DNA of 64,000 nt from an uncultured Lachnospiraceae bacterium (GCA_964567585.1 CAZMND010000002.1:7592-71591), one strand, 5' to 3'; shown: positions 39,039 to 50,320, numbered from the stretch's first letter. Notes: generated from the sequence alone by a model not told the origin. Program-made: numbers and translations.

Positions 39039-40688
39039 ATGGAAAAACTAAAACCAAAGTTGTTTTCGGTTATGAAAACATACACAAAAGAGCAATTTGT
39101 TAAAGATATTATTGCCGGAATAATTGTTGCTATCATAGCGCTGCCTTTGTCAATCGCTTTAGCGCTTGCTTCGGGTGTCACACCAGAAAAAGGTATTTAC
39201 ACAGCGATTATTGCAGGATTTTTGATTTCCTTCTTCGGAGGAAGCAGGGTACAGATTTCCGGGCCTACAGCGGCTTTTGCCACCATCGTGGCGGGGATTG
39301 TAGCTGAAAACGGTATGGATGGCTTGATTGTTGCAACCATTTTAGCCGGTATTATTTTGATTTTGATGGGCTTATTAAAACTCGGAAGTTTGATTAAGTT
39401 TATTCCATACACCATCACAACAGGATTCACATCCGGTATTGCCATTACGATTGTGGTAGGACAGATAAAATCCTTTCTGGGACTAACAACAGATCCAAAT
39501 GTTAATGCCATTGAAACTGTTGAAAAAATCGAAGAAGTCATTCATCACATCGGAACAATTAACTGGTCTGCGGTGATTGTAGGTGTTGTTTGTCTTGCAA
39601 TTTTGATTATCTGGCCGATGTTGCCGGGATTTTTAAAGAAAATACCGGGTTCGCTTGTAGCGGTATTTGTGGGAATTTTTATGGTTTCCGGGCTTAAAAT
39701 GGAAGTGAAAACTATTGGCGAGTTATATACAATTACATCAGATTTGCCAAAATTCCGGTTGCCTGAGTTTTCATTTGCGACAATCAGCAACGTACTTCCT
39801 GATGCTTTTACCATTGCGATTTTGGCAGCAATTGAATCTTTGCTTTCCTGTGTGGTTGCAGACAGTATGGTAAACAGCCGTCATCGTTCCAATATGGAAC
39901 TTGTTGCGCAAGGGATTGGTAACGTGGGAAGTGCTTTGTTTGGCGGTATTCCGGCCACAGGTGCCATTGCAAGAACTGCTGCCAACGTAAAAAATGGCGG
40001 CAGAACACCGATTTCCGGTATGGTACATTCGGTTGTATTGTTATTGATTTTGGTTGTTTTAATGCCTTATGCGGGATTGATTCCAATGCCGACAATTGCA
40101 GCAATTCTGTTTATGGTTGCATACAATATGTCTGAATGGAAAAAGTTTTTACACTTATGTAAAACAGCACCTAAGAGCGATATTATCGTACTTGTATTAA
40201 CTTTTGTTCTTACAGTTATGTTTGATTTGGTTGTGGCAATCGAAGTGGGTATGATTTTGGCAGCTATGTTGTTCATGAAACGTATGAGTGAAGTAACAGA
40301 GGTTGAAGGCTGGAAATACATCGATGATGAAAACGATCCTGACAGTATCAGTTTGAGAGAAGTTCCGAAGAATACCGTTGTGTATGAAATCAGCGGACCT
40401 TTATTCTTTGGTGCGGCAGATAAAATTTTAAACATTAGTTTAAAAGATAAAGAAAATATTTTGATTTTGAGAATGAGAAGTGTGAATGCTATAGATGCAA
40501 CAGCGATGCATTCTTTGGAACAGCTTTATGGCAAATGTAAGAAAAAGAATATCACATTAATATTGAGCCATGTAAATGAACAACCGATGCGTACAATGCA
40601 GAAAGCGGGCTTTGACAAAATCGTTGGAGAAGAGAATTTCTGCGAGCATATCGATGATGCATTAAAACGTGCCGGGGAATTGCAATAA
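39039..40688 (+). CDS. SulP-family anion transporter with C-terminal STAS domain
   Basis: RBS GAGGAG 7 nt before ATG 39039. IAGIIVAIIALPLSIALALASGV, FFGGSRVQISGPTAA and a STAS-like C-terminus (VVYEISGPLFFGAADK). Confidence 0.88.
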   Translation: MEKLKPKLFSVMKTYTKEQFVKDIIAGIIVAIIALPLSIALALASGVTPEKGIYTAIIAGFLISFFGGSRVQISGPTAAFATIVAGIVAENGMDGLIVATILAGIILILMGLLKLGSLIKFIPYTITTGFTSGIAITIVVGQIKSFLGLTTDPNVNAIETVEKIEEVIHHIGTINWSAVIVGVVCLAILIIWPMLPGFLKKIPGSLVAVFVGIFMVSGLKMEVKTIGELYTITSDLPKFRLPEFSFATISNVLPDAFTIAILAAIESLLSCVVADSMVNSRHRSNMELVAQGIGNVGSALFGGIPATGAIARTAANVKNGGRTPISGMVHSVVLLLILVVLMPYAGLIPMPTIAAILFMVAYNMSEWKKFLHLCKTAPKSDIIVLVLTFVLTVMFDLVVAIEVGMILAAMLFMKRMSEVTEVEGWKYIDDENDPDSISLREVPKNTVVYEISGPLFFGAADKILNISLKDKENILILRMRSVNAIDATAMHSLEQLYGKCKKKNITLILSHVNEQPMRTMQKAGFDKIVGEENFCEHIDDALKRAGELQ

Positions 40689-40709
40689 ACGCTATTTTGT
40701 GGTAATATA

Positions 40710-40758
40710 TTGAACGGGTATGCACGATGAAAAATGTGCACTCCCGTTCAATTTTTTT
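40710..40758 (+). terminator. Rho-independent terminator after sulP
   Basis: Outer stem TTGAACGGG / CCCGTTCAA plus inner stem TGCAC / GTGCA, followed by T7. Confidence 0.85.
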
Positions 40759-40784
40759 AACTTTAAGAAGAAGGTAAAACCAAA

Positions 40785-43445
40785 ATGCCAGATATCAATA
40801 TGTCAGAATTGACACCAATGATGCAACAATATTTAGAGACAAAAAACGCGTATAAGGATTGTATTCTTTTTTACCGTCTTGGTGATTTTTATGAAATGTT
40901 TTTTGAAGATGCACAGACTGCTTCCAAGGAACTTGAAATCACATTGACAGGTAAAAACTGCGGTCTTGCTGAGCGTGCGCCGATGTGTGGTGTTCCGTAT
41001 CATGCGTTGGAAGGTTATTTGAATAAATTAGTTTCAAAAGGCTACAAAGTAGCAATTTGTGAACAGGTAGAAGATCCAAAACAGGCAAAAGGGATTGTTA
41101 AACGAGAAGTAGTCCGCATTGTTACACCGGGTACCAATACAAATCCACAGGCCATTGATGAACGAAAGAATAATTATATTATGTGTATTACCTATCTGCC
41201 GGAAAAAATAGGTATTTCCGTGGCAGATGTTACAACGGGCGACTATTTTGTTACAGAAGTGGAATCACTGAAAAAACTGATGGACGAGCTGATGAAGTAT
41301 TCACCCAGTGAAATTATTTGTAACGATGCTCTTTTACTAAGTGGCATTGATGTGGAGGATTTACGCGGGAGACTGCGTATATGTGTTAATGCGCTGGAAC
41401 CACATTATTTTGATGATGACGCCTGCAAAAAATGTCTGATGAAGCATTTTAAAGTGAATGTTTTAACAGGGCTTGGAATTGAAGATTTCCCGGTTGGAGT
41501 GATTGCGGCGGGAGCTCTTCTGTTATATTTATATGAGACACAAAAAAATGATTTGACACATTTTACGCATTTGGTTCCGTATTTGCCAAGTAAGTTTATG
41601 CTTCTTGACAGTTCAACAAGACGTAATTTGGAACTTGTGGAAACCTTACGTGAAAAGCAAAAAAGAGGCTCGCTTTTGTGGGTGCTTGATAAGACAAAAA
41701 CCGCTATGGGCGGTAGATGTCTTCGAAGCTATATTGAACAGCCTCTGATTGAAAAGGATGAAATCAATGCCCGCCTCGATGCGATTGAAGAATTGAACAA
41801 AGATACGGTATCAAGAGATGAACTTCGTGAATATTTAAATCCGATTTACGATTTGGAACGTCTCCTTGGCCGAATCAGTTATAAAACAGCCAATCCAAGA
41901 GATTTGATTGCATTTGCATCTTCTTTAAGAATGCTTCCGCATATTAAAACCGTACTTAGTGGCTTTGAAAAGCAGCTTTTGAGCCAAATCAATGAAGAAA
42001 TAGATGATTTACAGGATATTTATCATTTGATTGATGATTCCATTACCGAAGAACCGCCGATTCTGGTACGTGAAGGCGGCATAATTAAGGACGGCTTTAA
42101 TGAATTGATTGATAATCTTCGCCGGGCAAAAACAGAAGGAAAAAGCTGGCTTGCCAAATTGGAAGAGGATGACCGTCAAAGAACCGGTATTAAAAATTTA
42201 AAAATTAAATACAACAAAGTTTTCGGCTACTATTTTGAGGTGACGAATTCCTATAAAGATTTGGTTCCGGAGGATTATATCCGTAAACAGACTTTAGCCA
42301 ATGCGGAACGCTACACAACGCCTCAATTAAAGGAATTGGAAGATACTATTTTGAATGCCGAGGACAAATTAGTTTCCCTGGAATATGAATTGTTCTGTGA
42401 AATCAGGGATGCCATCGCATGTGAAATTGAGAGAATTCAGAAAACTGCAAAGGCAATTGCAAAACTGGATGTTTTTACATCGCTTTCCTTTGTTTCGGAA
42501 AGAAATGGCTATATCAGACCAAAACTCAATGATAAAGGTGTCATTGATATTAAAGACGGAAGACACCCGGTTGTGGAAAAAATGATTGTCAATGATATGT
42601 TTGTATCAAATGATACATATTTAGACAACGGAAACAACTGTATTTCCATTATTACAGGACCGAATATGGCCGGAAAATCAACATACATGAGACAGACGGC
42701 TTTAATTGTACTGATGGCTCAGGTGGGTTGTTTTGTTCCTGCAGCGAAGGCAAATATCGGTATAGTGGACCGCATTTTTACCCGTGTGGGTGCATCCGAC
42801 GACTTATCAAGCGGTCAAAGTACCTTTATGGTGGAAATGAACGAGGTTGCCAATATTTTAAGAAATGCAACACCGAACAGTCTGCTTATTTTAGATGAAA
42901 TTGGACGTGGAACATCCACTTTTGATGGCTTGAGTATCGCCTGGGCGGTGATTGAACATATCAGTAATCGGAAATTCTTGGGTGCAAAGACTTTATTTGC
43001 AACGCATTATCATGAACTTACGGAACTGGAAGGGAAAATGAGCAATGTAAACAACTATTGTATTGCCGTAAAAGAAAAAGGAGACGACATCGTCTTTTTA
43101 CGAAAAATCGTAAAAGGTGGTGCCGATAAGAGTTACGGTATTCAGGTTGCAAAGCTTGCCGGAGTTCCGGATATTGTAATCAACAGAGCCAAAGAAATCG
43201 TTGTGGAACTTTGTGACAATGATATTATTGAAAAAATTCAAAACATCACGGTTGGTAATAAAACAGAAACAAAAAAAGTTACATTACCAAAAGATGAGGA
43301 TTTAGACCAGTTGTCATTATTTGATACGGTAAAAGATGAAGATATTATAAACGAAATTAAGGAGTTGGATATTTCCAATTTAACTCCGATTGATGCCCTT
43401 AACACGTTAGACCGGTTTAAACGTAAACTTTTAAACCGATGGTAG
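40785..43445 (+). CDS. mutS: DNA mismatch repair protein MutS
   Basis: TPMMQQYLE.K......ILFYRLGDFYEMFFEDA, Walker A ITGPNMAGKSTYMRQ, DEIGRGTSTFDG, and FATHYHELT. Confidence 0.97.
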   Translation: MPDINMSELTPMMQQYLETKNAYKDCILFYRLGDFYEMFFEDAQTASKELEITLTGKNCGLAERAPMCGVPYHALEGYLNKLVSKGYKVAICEQVEDPKQAKGIVKREVVRIVTPGTNTNPQAIDERKNNYIMCITYLPEKIGISVADVTTGDYFVTEVESLKKLMDELMKYSPSEIICNDALLLSGIDVEDLRGRLRICVNALEPHYFDDDACKKCLMKHFKVNVLTGLGIEDFPVGVIAAGALLLYLYETQKNDLTHFTHLVPYLPSKFMLLDSSTRRNLELVETLREKQKRGSLLWVLDKTKTAMGGRCLRSYIEQPLIEKDEINARLDAIEELNKDTVSRDELREYLNPIYDLERLLGRISYKTANPRDLIAFASSLRMLPHIKTVLSGFEKQLLSQINEEIDDLQDIYHLIDDSITEEPPILVREGGIIKDGFNELIDNLRRAKTEGKSWLAKLEEDDRQRTGIKNLKIKYNKVFGYYFEVTNSYKDLVPEDYIRKQTLANAERYTTPQLKELEDTILNAEDKLVSLEYELFCEIRDAIACEIERIQKTAKAIAKLDVFTSLSFVSERNGYIRPKLNDKGVIDIKDGRHPVVEKMIVNDMFVSNDTYLDNGNNCISIITGPNMAGKSTYMRQTALIVLMAQVGCFVPAAKANIGIVDRIFTRVGASDDLSSGQSTFMVEMNEVANILRNATPNSLLILDEIGRGTSTFDGLSIAWAVIEHISNRKFLGAKTLFATHYHELTELEGKMSNVNNYCIAVKEKGDDIVFLRKIVKGGADKSYGIQVAKLAGVPDIVINRAKEIVVELCDNDIIEKIQNITVGNKTETKKVTLPKDEDLDQLSLFDTVKDEDIINEIKELDISNLTPIDALNTLDRFKRKLLNRW

Positions 43446-43456
43446 GAGGAAAGTAA

Positions 43457-45358
43457 ATGGCTGCAATTCATTTATTGGATCATAATACTATTGATAAAAT
43501 TGCTGCAGGTGAAGTAGTAGAAAAGCCTGCAAGTGTGGTAAAAGAATTAGTGGAAAATGCCATTGATGCGGGTGCTACGGCACTTACAATCGAAATTAAA
43601 AACGGAGGCATTGACTATATCCGTATTACGGACAACGGAACGGGAATTGACAGCAGTGATGTGAAAAATGCATTTCTGCGCCATGCTACCAGTAAAATCG
43701 AAAAAGCAGATGATTTGCAGTTTGTTACAACTCTGGGTTTCCGCGGCGAAGCTTTGTCAAGTATCAGTGCCGTTGCCAAGGTAGAACTGATTACAAAAAC
43801 AAAGGATTCTCTTCTTGGCACCAGATATGTTATTGAAGGAGCGAACGAAGTGGAGTTTTCAGAGGTAGGAGCTCCGAATGGGACAACCATTATTGTCAGA
43901 AATTTGTTTTATAATGTTCCTGCCAGAAGAAAGTTTTTGAATTCACCGATTACAGAAGGTGGCTATATTGCAGATTTAGTAGAGCATATTGCACTTTCAA
44001 AACCACATATTTCTTTTAAATTTATTAACGGAAGAGACGTGAAATTCCATACCTCCGGAAACGACGATTTGAAAGAAATTGTTTACAGGATTTATGGAAA
44101 AGATACGGCAGATGCGCTTATTCCAATTGATTATAAGTCGGATTTTATGCATATGACCGGCTATTTGGGAAAGCCTGTGTTAAATCGTGGATCCAGAGGC
44201 TTTGAAAATTATTTTGTAAACGGCAGATATATTAAAAGTAAAGTGATTTCAGGAGCTATCGAAGAAGGATATAAAGAATTTTTAATGCAGCATAAGTTCC
44301 CGTTTACGGTTTTGCATATTGCGACAAAGCCTGAACAGGTAGATGTTAATGTGCATCCTACCAAAATGGATGTGCGAATTACAGGAGAAAGAGATTTTTA
44401 TGAAGATATTAAAACGGCCGTATATCAGGCTTTGAAAGAAAGTGAACTGATACCTGAGTTTTCATTGGTAGAAGAAGAAAAAGAGAAAATTAATTATAAA
44501 GATGCCATTATTCCGGAACCGTTTGAAGAAAAAAGATTAGAAAATATGCGTGTTTCGGAAGAAAAGACGAAATATTCTGAAAATGGCGAAAAATACGGGA
44601 ATTTGCAAGAAAAGTTGCAAAAATGGGAAGAAAACCAGATTTTAGGAGAAGATATAGCACGTCTTTTGGTGAAAAATGAAAAGAAACCTTCAAACAATAT
44701 TATCAAAGCAAGAGACCATATAATCGTTGAAAAACCTGTGCAAATGAACTTTTTTGAAGAGAAACTTCTGACAAAGGAAGCCAAGGAAGAATATGAAATT
44801 TTAGGTCAGATTTTTGATACGTACTGGATGGTTGCATTTAAGGACAAGTTGTATATTATTGACCAGCATGCGGCCCACGAGAAAGTAAAGTATGAAGAGT
44901 TTATGAAAAAATTTGAGGAAAAAGAACTTGTTTCCCAGACCTTGAATCCGCCGATTATTGTTTCATTATCATCTAAAGAGGAAACAGTTTTAAAGACGAA
45001 TTGGGACATTTTCAGCAGTCTTGGTTTTAATATCGAGGAATTCGGCGGCAATGAATATGCTTTAAGATGCGTGCCGCTGGATTTGTACGGACAAAATGAG
45101 CAGTCTCTTTTCTTAAGTGTTTTGGATGAACTTTGCGAGGATGACAATAAAGGCACATTGACCATTGAACAGAAAATTGCCTCTATGTCTTGTAAGGCGG
45201 CTGTGAAGGGGAATAACAAACTGTCCAAAGAAGAGATGATTTCACTTATCGACCAGCTTTTGGAATTAGAAAACCCATACAACTGTCCTCACGGAAGACC
45301 GACAATTATCTCTATGAGTAAATATGAAATCGAAAAGAAATTTAAGAGAATAGTTTAA
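43457..45358 (+). CDS. mutL: DNA mismatch repair protein MutL
   Basis: IAAGEVVEKPASVVKELVENAIDAG, DNGTGI, LGFRGEALSSI and a C-terminal QHAAHEKVKYE. Confidence 0.97.
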   Translation: MAAIHLLDHNTIDKIAAGEVVEKPASVVKELVENAIDAGATALTIEIKNGGIDYIRITDNGTGIDSSDVKNAFLRHATSKIEKADDLQFVTTLGFRGEALSSISAVAKVELITKTKDSLLGTRYVIEGANEVEFSEVGAPNGTTIIVRNLFYNVPARRKFLNSPITEGGYIADLVEHIALSKPHISFKFINGRDVKFHTSGNDDLKEIVYRIYGKDTADALIPIDYKSDFMHMTGYLGKPVLNRGSRGFENYFVNGRYIKSKVISGAIEEGYKEFLMQHKFPFTVLHIATKPEQVDVNVHPTKMDVRITGERDFYEDIKTAVYQALKESELIPEFSLVEEEKEKINYKDAIIPEPFEEKRLENMRVSEEKTKYSENGEKYGNLQEKLQKWEENQILGEDIARLLVKNEKKPSNNIIKARDHIIVEKPVQMNFFEEKLLTKEAKEEYEILGQIFDTYWMVAFKDKLYIIDQHAAHEKVKYEEFMKKFEEKELVSQTLNPPIIVSLSSKEETVLKTNWDIFSSLGFNIEEFGGNEYALRCVPLDLYGQNEQSLFLSVLDELCEDDNKGTLTIEQKIASMSCKAAVKGNNKLSKEEMISLIDQLLELENPYNCPHGRPTIISMSKYEIEKKFKRIV

Positions 45359-45366
45359 GGATTTAT

Positions 45367-46317
45367 ATGAAAAAACAACCGCTTATTATTTTAACAGGGC
45401 CTACAGCAGTGGGAAAAACGGCTCTTTCCATTAAACTTGCAAAAGCAGTAAATGGGGAAATTATTTCCGCAGATTCTATGCAGGTTTACAAAGGGATGGA
45501 TATTGGTTCCGCCAAGATTATGCCGCATGAAACGGAAGGTGTAAAGCATCACTTGATTGATGTTTTAGAACCGTCTGAGGAATTTAATATTGTAAAATTT
45601 CAGGAACTTGCGAAAAAGGCTATGGATGATATTTATGCCAAAGGAAAAATTCCCATTATAGCCGGTGGAACCGGGTTTTATATCCAGTCTGTTTTGTATG
45701 ATATAGATTTTGATGCAAATGAAGAAAGCAAAGAATACAGAACCTATCTGGAGGGGATTGCGGCTACGGAGGATGGCGAAAAGAGGCTGTATGAAATGTT
45801 GAAAGCAGCAGATCCAAAATCCGCAGAAATCATCCACGAAAACAATGTAAAAAGAGTCATTCGTGCCCTGGAATTTTTCAAAGAAACAGGGACACCGATT
45901 TCTGACCACAACGAGGAACAACGGCAAAAGGAGTCGCCATATAATTTTTGTTATTTTGTTTTAAACGATGATAGAGAAAAATTGTATCAAAATATTGAAA
46001 AGCGTGTGGATTTGATGCTTAGTGCAGGACTGTTGGATGAAGTTAAATCGTTACACGAAAAAGGTTATACCAAAGATATGGTTTCCATGCAGGGGCTTGG
46101 ATATAAAGAAATATTGGATTATTTTGATGGTGAAATCACTTTGGATAGGGCTCTTTATTTAATAAAAAGAGACACAAGACATTTTGCCAAAAGACAGTTG
46201 ACATGGTTTCGTCGCGAAAAGACGGTTACATGGGTAAACAAACCGGAATTTTATTACGATAATCAGCAGATTTTGGACTATATGTTAACAAAATTAAAGG
46301 AGAAAGACATCCTATGA
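45367..46317 (+). CDS. miaA: tRNA dimethylallyltransferase MiaA
   Basis: P-loop LTGPTAVGKTALSI, SADSMQVYKGMDIGSAK, and GGTGFYIQS. Confidence 0.95.
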   Translation: MKKQPLIILTGPTAVGKTALSIKLAKAVNGEIISADSMQVYKGMDIGSAKIMPHETEGVKHHLIDVLEPSEEFNIVKFQELAKKAMDDIYAKGKIPIIAGGTGFYIQSVLYDIDFDANEESKEYRTYLEGIAATEDGEKRLYEMLKAADPKSAEIIHENNVKRVIRALEFFKETGTPISDHNEEQRQKESPYNFCYFVLNDDREKLYQNIEKRVDLMLSAGLLDEVKSLHEKGYTKDMVSMQGLGYKEILDYFDGEITLDRALYLIKRDTRHFAKRQLTWFRREKTVTWVNKPEFYYDNQQILDYMLTKLKEKDIL

Positions 46318-47612
46318 TACAGACAGAAAGTATAAACAATCTTTTTAAGGAAATGGGAATATCGGATGAAGTCTATGCTTATTCCCAAAAAGTGCTGGAT
46401 GAATTGAAGGGTAGATTTGAAGAGATTGATGCAGTTTGCGAATATAATCAGTTAAAGGTTTTGAAAGCACTTCAGGACTGTCGTGTGAGTGAGGCTTGTT
46501 TGTATGGTTCTACCGGTTATGGCTATAACGATATCGGAAGAGATACCTTGGAACAGGTTTACGCTCATATTTTTCACACAGAGGATGCATTGGTACGTCC
46601 TCAGATTACTTGTGGAACACATGCGTTGGCACTTGCTCTTATGAGTAATTTACGCCCGGGAGATGAACTCTTATCACCGGTAGGAAAACCTTATGATACG
46701 TTGGAAGAGGTTATTGGAATCAGAGAATCCAAAGGTTCATTAAAAGAATATGGTATTTCTTATAAACAGGTGGATTTACTTCCAAATGGTACATTTGACT
46801 ATGAAAATATCAAAAAAGCCATCAATGAAAAAACAAAGCTTGTTACAATCCAGCGTTCAAAAGGTTATCAGACAAGACCGACTTTTTCCGTGAAACAAAT
46901 CGGCGAATTGATTGCATTTATCAAAAATATTAAACCGGAAATTATTTGTATGGTGGATAACTGTTACGGTGAATTTGTGGAAACAATAGAACCAAGCGAT
47001 GTGGGCGCGGATATGATAGTTGGTTCTTTGATTAAGAATCCGGGCGGTGGTCTGGCACCTATCGGCGGCTATATTGCAGGCAAAAAAGAGTGTGTGGAAA
47101 ATGCGGCCTATCGTCTGACTTCGCCGGGACTTGGAAAAGAAGTGGGTGCATCTTTAGGTGTGTTGGAAAAATTCTACCAGGGCTTGTTTTTGGCACCAAC
47201 CGTTACATCCGGTGCCTTAAAAGGTGCGATTTTTGCGGCTGATTTGTATGAAAAATTAGGATATAAGGTGATTCCAAACAGTACGGAATCCAGACATGAC
47301 ATTATTCAGGCAATTGAATTCGGTACTAAAGAAGGTATGGTTGCTTTTTGTAAAGGCATCCAGGCGGCAGCACCTATTGACAGCTTTGTTACACCGGAGC
47401 CATGGGCAATGCCTGGGTATGATTCCGACGTAATTATGGCGGCGGGTGCATTTGTATCGGGTTCTTCCATCGAACTGAGCGCGGATGGACCTGTAAAAGA
47501 ACCATATGCAGTGTATTTCCAGGGTGGACTCACATGGCATCACGCCAAATTCGGAATGATGAAAACCTTGCAGTCTTTGTTGGATGAAGGGGTAATTTCG
47601 AACCTTGTGTAA
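46314..47612 (+). CDS. YnbB/aluminium-resistance-type methionine-gamma-lyase-family (PLP) protein
   Basis: TGYGYNDIGRDTLEQVYAHIF and CGTHALALALMSNLRPGDELLSPVGKPYDTLEEVIG match the PF06838-type pattern. 4-nt overlap with miaA. Confidence 0.75.
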   Translation: MIQTESINNLFKEMGISDEVYAYSQKVLDELKGRFEEIDAVCEYNQLKVLKALQDCRVSEACLYGSTGYGYNDIGRDTLEQVYAHIFHTEDALVRPQITCGTHALALALMSNLRPGDELLSPVGKPYDTLEEVIGIRESKGSLKEYGISYKQVDLLPNGTFDYENIKKAINEKTKLVTIQRSKGYQTRPTFSVKQIGELIAFIKNIKPEIICMVDNCYGEFVETIEPSDVGADMIVGSLIKNPGGGLAPIGGYIAGKKECVENAAYRLTSPGLGKEVGASLGVLEKFYQGLFLAPTVTSGALKGAIFAADLYEKLGYKVIPNSTESRHDIIQAIEFGTKEGMVAFCKGIQAAAPIDSFVTPEPWAMPGYDSDVIMAAGAFVSGSSIELSADGPVKEPYAVYFQGGLTWHHAKFGMMKTLQSLLDEGVISNLV

Positions 47613-47749
47613 AATTATGCGATAAATAAATAAAATTTAACGCAATTTTAAGCTGTCTTTTATATACATATTTTTTTCATTATGATAAAATAATATGTTG
47701 TGAAACGATGATTTATTCTCCCGGAGAGAAGGTTTTTAGGGGAGAAAAA

Positions 47750-48415
47750 ATGACAAATAAACCTTATGACAAATTTAAAGAGTTGGGCGCATCTGCGCTG
47801 TCAAACGAAGAACTACTGGCTATTATTTTAAGGACAGGCACAAGTAATAAGCCGGCACTTAAAATCGCAGAAGAAATTTTAAACACAAAAGATGCGTATG
47901 ACGGCAAGTTAACGGGGCTTTATCACAAATCCTTAAAGCAGCTTATGGAAATAGAAGGAATTGGTGAAGTGAAGGCAATCAAGTTAAAATGTCTTACGGA
48001 ATTGTCTATGCGAATGGCGAAAGAACGGCTTGATAACCGGCTGATTTTTCAAAATCCTGAAGAAATTGCTGCTTACTATATGGAGTCTTTTAGGCATCTG
48101 GAGGTGGAAAAAGTTTTTCTTTTATGCCTTGATAACCAACTAAGGCTCATAAAAGAGTGTGAACTTTCAAAAGGTACAATCAATGCGTCTTTGATTTCAC
48201 CAAGAGAAATTTTTATTGAAGCACTGAATGCAAAAGCTGTACATATTTTGCTTATACACAACCACCCAAGCGGTGATCCGATGCCAAGCCGGGCGGATGT
48301 GCAAATTAGCAAAAAGGTTATGGAGGCCGGTGAAGTGATAGATATCAGACTATTGGATCATATCATTATCGGCGACCATTCTTATGTAAGTTTGAAAGAA
48401 CAAAAAATAATTTAG
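47750..48415 (+). CDS. radC: RadC-family JAMM protein
   Basis: RBS AGGGGAG before ATG 47750. ELLAIILRTGT and the JAMM motif HNHPSGDPMPSRAD. Confidence 0.9.
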   Translation: MTNKPYDKFKELGASALSNEELLAIILRTGTSNKPALKIAEEILNTKDAYDGKLTGLYHKSLKQLMEIEGIGEVKAIKLKCLTELSMRMAKERLDNRLIFQNPEEIAAYYMESFRHLEVEKVFLLCLDNQLRLIKECELSKGTINASLISPREIFIEALNAKAVHILLIHNHPSGDPMPSRADVQISKKVMEAGEVIDIRLLDHIIIGDHSYVSLKEQKII

Positions 48416-48443
48416 ATAAACAAAAGTTGGAAAGGAGTTCATT

Positions 48444-49454
48444 ATGGCAATGAACGCATACGGTATCGATTTAGGTACAAGCACAATTAAAATTTATAGT
48501 AAAAACGATGACAAATATCTTGTGGAGAAAAATATGATTGCCATCGAAAATAAACGCAATATTTTTGCCTACGGTGACTCGGCTTTTGAAATGTTTGAAA
48601 AAGCACCGTCAAATATCCAGATTTCTTATCCTTTATGCAAAGGTGTTATTGCGGATATCAAAAATATGGAAACATTAATCAAGTTTTTCCTTAGTGATAT
48701 AAATAACGGAAGCGTAAAACCGGCTGATTACTATATTGCAGTTCCGACAGATGTTACGGAAGTGGAAAAAAGAGCTTTTTATGATTTGATTAAAGATGCT
48801 AATATCAAAGCAAAAAAAATCATGGTTGTAGAAAAAGCAGTAGCCGATGGTTTTGGTATGGATATTGACGTGAAAAATGCCCAGGGTGTGCTTGTAGTAA
48901 ACGTAGGTTACGAAACAACCGAAATTTCCATCCTTTCATTAGGCGGCATTGTTTTAAGTAAACTTATCAAAGTGGGTGGATATAATTTTGATGAAGCAAT
49001 TAAGAACGTTATCAGACGTGAATATGGATTGGTAATCGGTTCGAAAACAGCTGAAAATGTAAAAATTTCATTGATTGATCTTGCAAAAGAAGGAAAACCG
49101 GCCACTGTTTACGGTCGTGATATTGTATCGGGACTTCCTGTGGAAAGAAGTATTCCGACAGATATTTTACAAAATGTTTTGGTAGAACACTTCCGAATGA
49201 TTATTGATAATATCAAGGTTATTTTGGAAAGAACTCCACCTGAATTGGCCGCAGACATTTATCGTCACGGTGTATATTTAACAGGTGGTGCATCCCAGGT
49301 AAACAATCTTGCCCAGCAGCTTAGCAACGGCACGGGATTAAATGTAAATGTGGCAGAAAATCCGACCACAAGTGTTACTATGGGTCTTGCAAAAATAATT
49401 AAAAATGATGCCTACAAATCTGTGGCATACACAATTGAAGGAATGAGTAAATAA
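48444..49454 (+). CDS. mreB: Rod-shape protein MreB (actin-like)
   Basis: GIDLGTSTIKIY, PLCKGVIAD, VVNVGYETTEISILSLGG and GVYLTGGAS. Followed by mreC/mreD. Confidence 0.9.
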   Translation: MAMNAYGIDLGTSTIKIYSKNDDKYLVEKNMIAIENKRNIFAYGDSAFEMFEKAPSNIQISYPLCKGVIADIKNMETLIKFFLSDINNGSVKPADYYIAVPTDVTEVEKRAFYDLIKDANIKAKKIMVVEKAVADGFGMDIDVKNAQGVLVVNVGYETTEISILSLGGIVLSKLIKVGGYNFDEAIKNVIRREYGLVIGSKTAENVKISLIDLAKEGKPATVYGRDIVSGLPVERSIPTDILQNVLVEHFRMIIDNIKVILERTPPELAADIYRHGVYLTGGASQVNNLAQQLSNGTGLNVNVAENPTTSVTMGLAKIIKNDAYKSVAYTIEGMSK

Positions 49455-50320
49455 TGAGTCCTATTGTAAGAAAAAAAGGTGAAAAATTTAAATTACCTTC
49501 CCAATACTGGTTATTGATATTGACGCTTATCTGTTGTGGACTTGTTATTTTGAGTTTCAATACATCCATCTTTAAAGGACCTCTAAATTTTATAGCAAAT
49601 TATCTGATTGTTCCGTTTCAAAATGGTGTAAGTGCCGTAGGAATCCAGATAAAAGAAAAATCCGATGAATTGGTACAAATCAGGGATTTGCTCGAGGAAA
49701 ATGAACGCCTGAAAGCACAGGTGGATGAATTGTCGATTCAAAATACGGAATTACAGCAGGATCGTTATGAATTAAACACACTTCGTCAGTTATATGAATT
49801 AGATGAACAGTATGATGAATACGAAAAAACAGGTGCCCGAATCATTGCCAGAGATAGTGGTAACTGGTATCACAGTTTTGTTATTAACAAAGGTACAAGC
49901 GATGGAATTGAAGTAGATATGAATGTAATCGCAGGTAGCGGGCTCGTGGGCCGTGTTACCGAAGTTGGTCCCGACTGGGCAAAAGTACTTTCGATTATTG
50001 CGGATAATTCCAACGTCAGTGCGACTTTGCTTTCTACAGAAGAACATCTTATTGTATCAGGTGATTTGGAACTTTACTCACAGGGTTCTATACGTTTCAG
50101 TCAGTTGATTGACAGGGAAGAAAAAGTAGCGCACGGCGATAAAATTGTCACAAGTAATATTAGTGATAAGTATTTGCCGGGAATTTTAATCGGTTACATA
50201 GAAAGCATAGACGTGGATTCCAATAATTTAACGAAATCCGGTGAGGTAACACCGGCGGTAGATTTCGGACATTTGGATGAAGTTTTGGTAATTTTAGATA
50301 AGAAACAGACGATTAATTAA
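49454..50320 (+). CDS. mreC: Rod-shape protein MreC
   Basis: N-terminal TM, a coiled coil (ENERLKAQVDEL), GLVGRVTEV, and the position after mreB. Confidence 0.88.
   Translation: MSPIVRKKGEKFKLPSQYWLLILTLICCGLVILSFNTSIFKGPLNFIANYLIVPFQNGVSAVGIQIKEKSDELVQIRDLLEENERLKAQVDELSIQNTELQQDRYELNTLRQLYELDEQYDEYEKTGARIIARDSGNWYHSFVINKGTSDGIEVDMNVIAGSGLVGRVTEVGPDWAKVLSIIADNSNVSATLLSTEEHLIVSGDLELYSQGSIRFSQLIDREEKVAHGDKIVTSNISDKYLPGILIGYIESIDVDSNNLTKSGEVTPAVDFGHLDEVLVILDKKQTIN

Noticed and set aside
44806-45282. 158-aa minus-strand ORF inside mutL
   Set aside because: It is antisense to the conserved MutL C-terminal domain. Its Ser-rich, low-complexity sequence is spurious.
47613-47749. Terminator or regulatory RNA in the ynbB-radC gap
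   Set aside because: Only an imperfect, bulged AT-rich pairing (AAATTATGCG / CGCAATTT) is present, with no convincing stem or T tract, and no recognisable riboswitch or T-box features.
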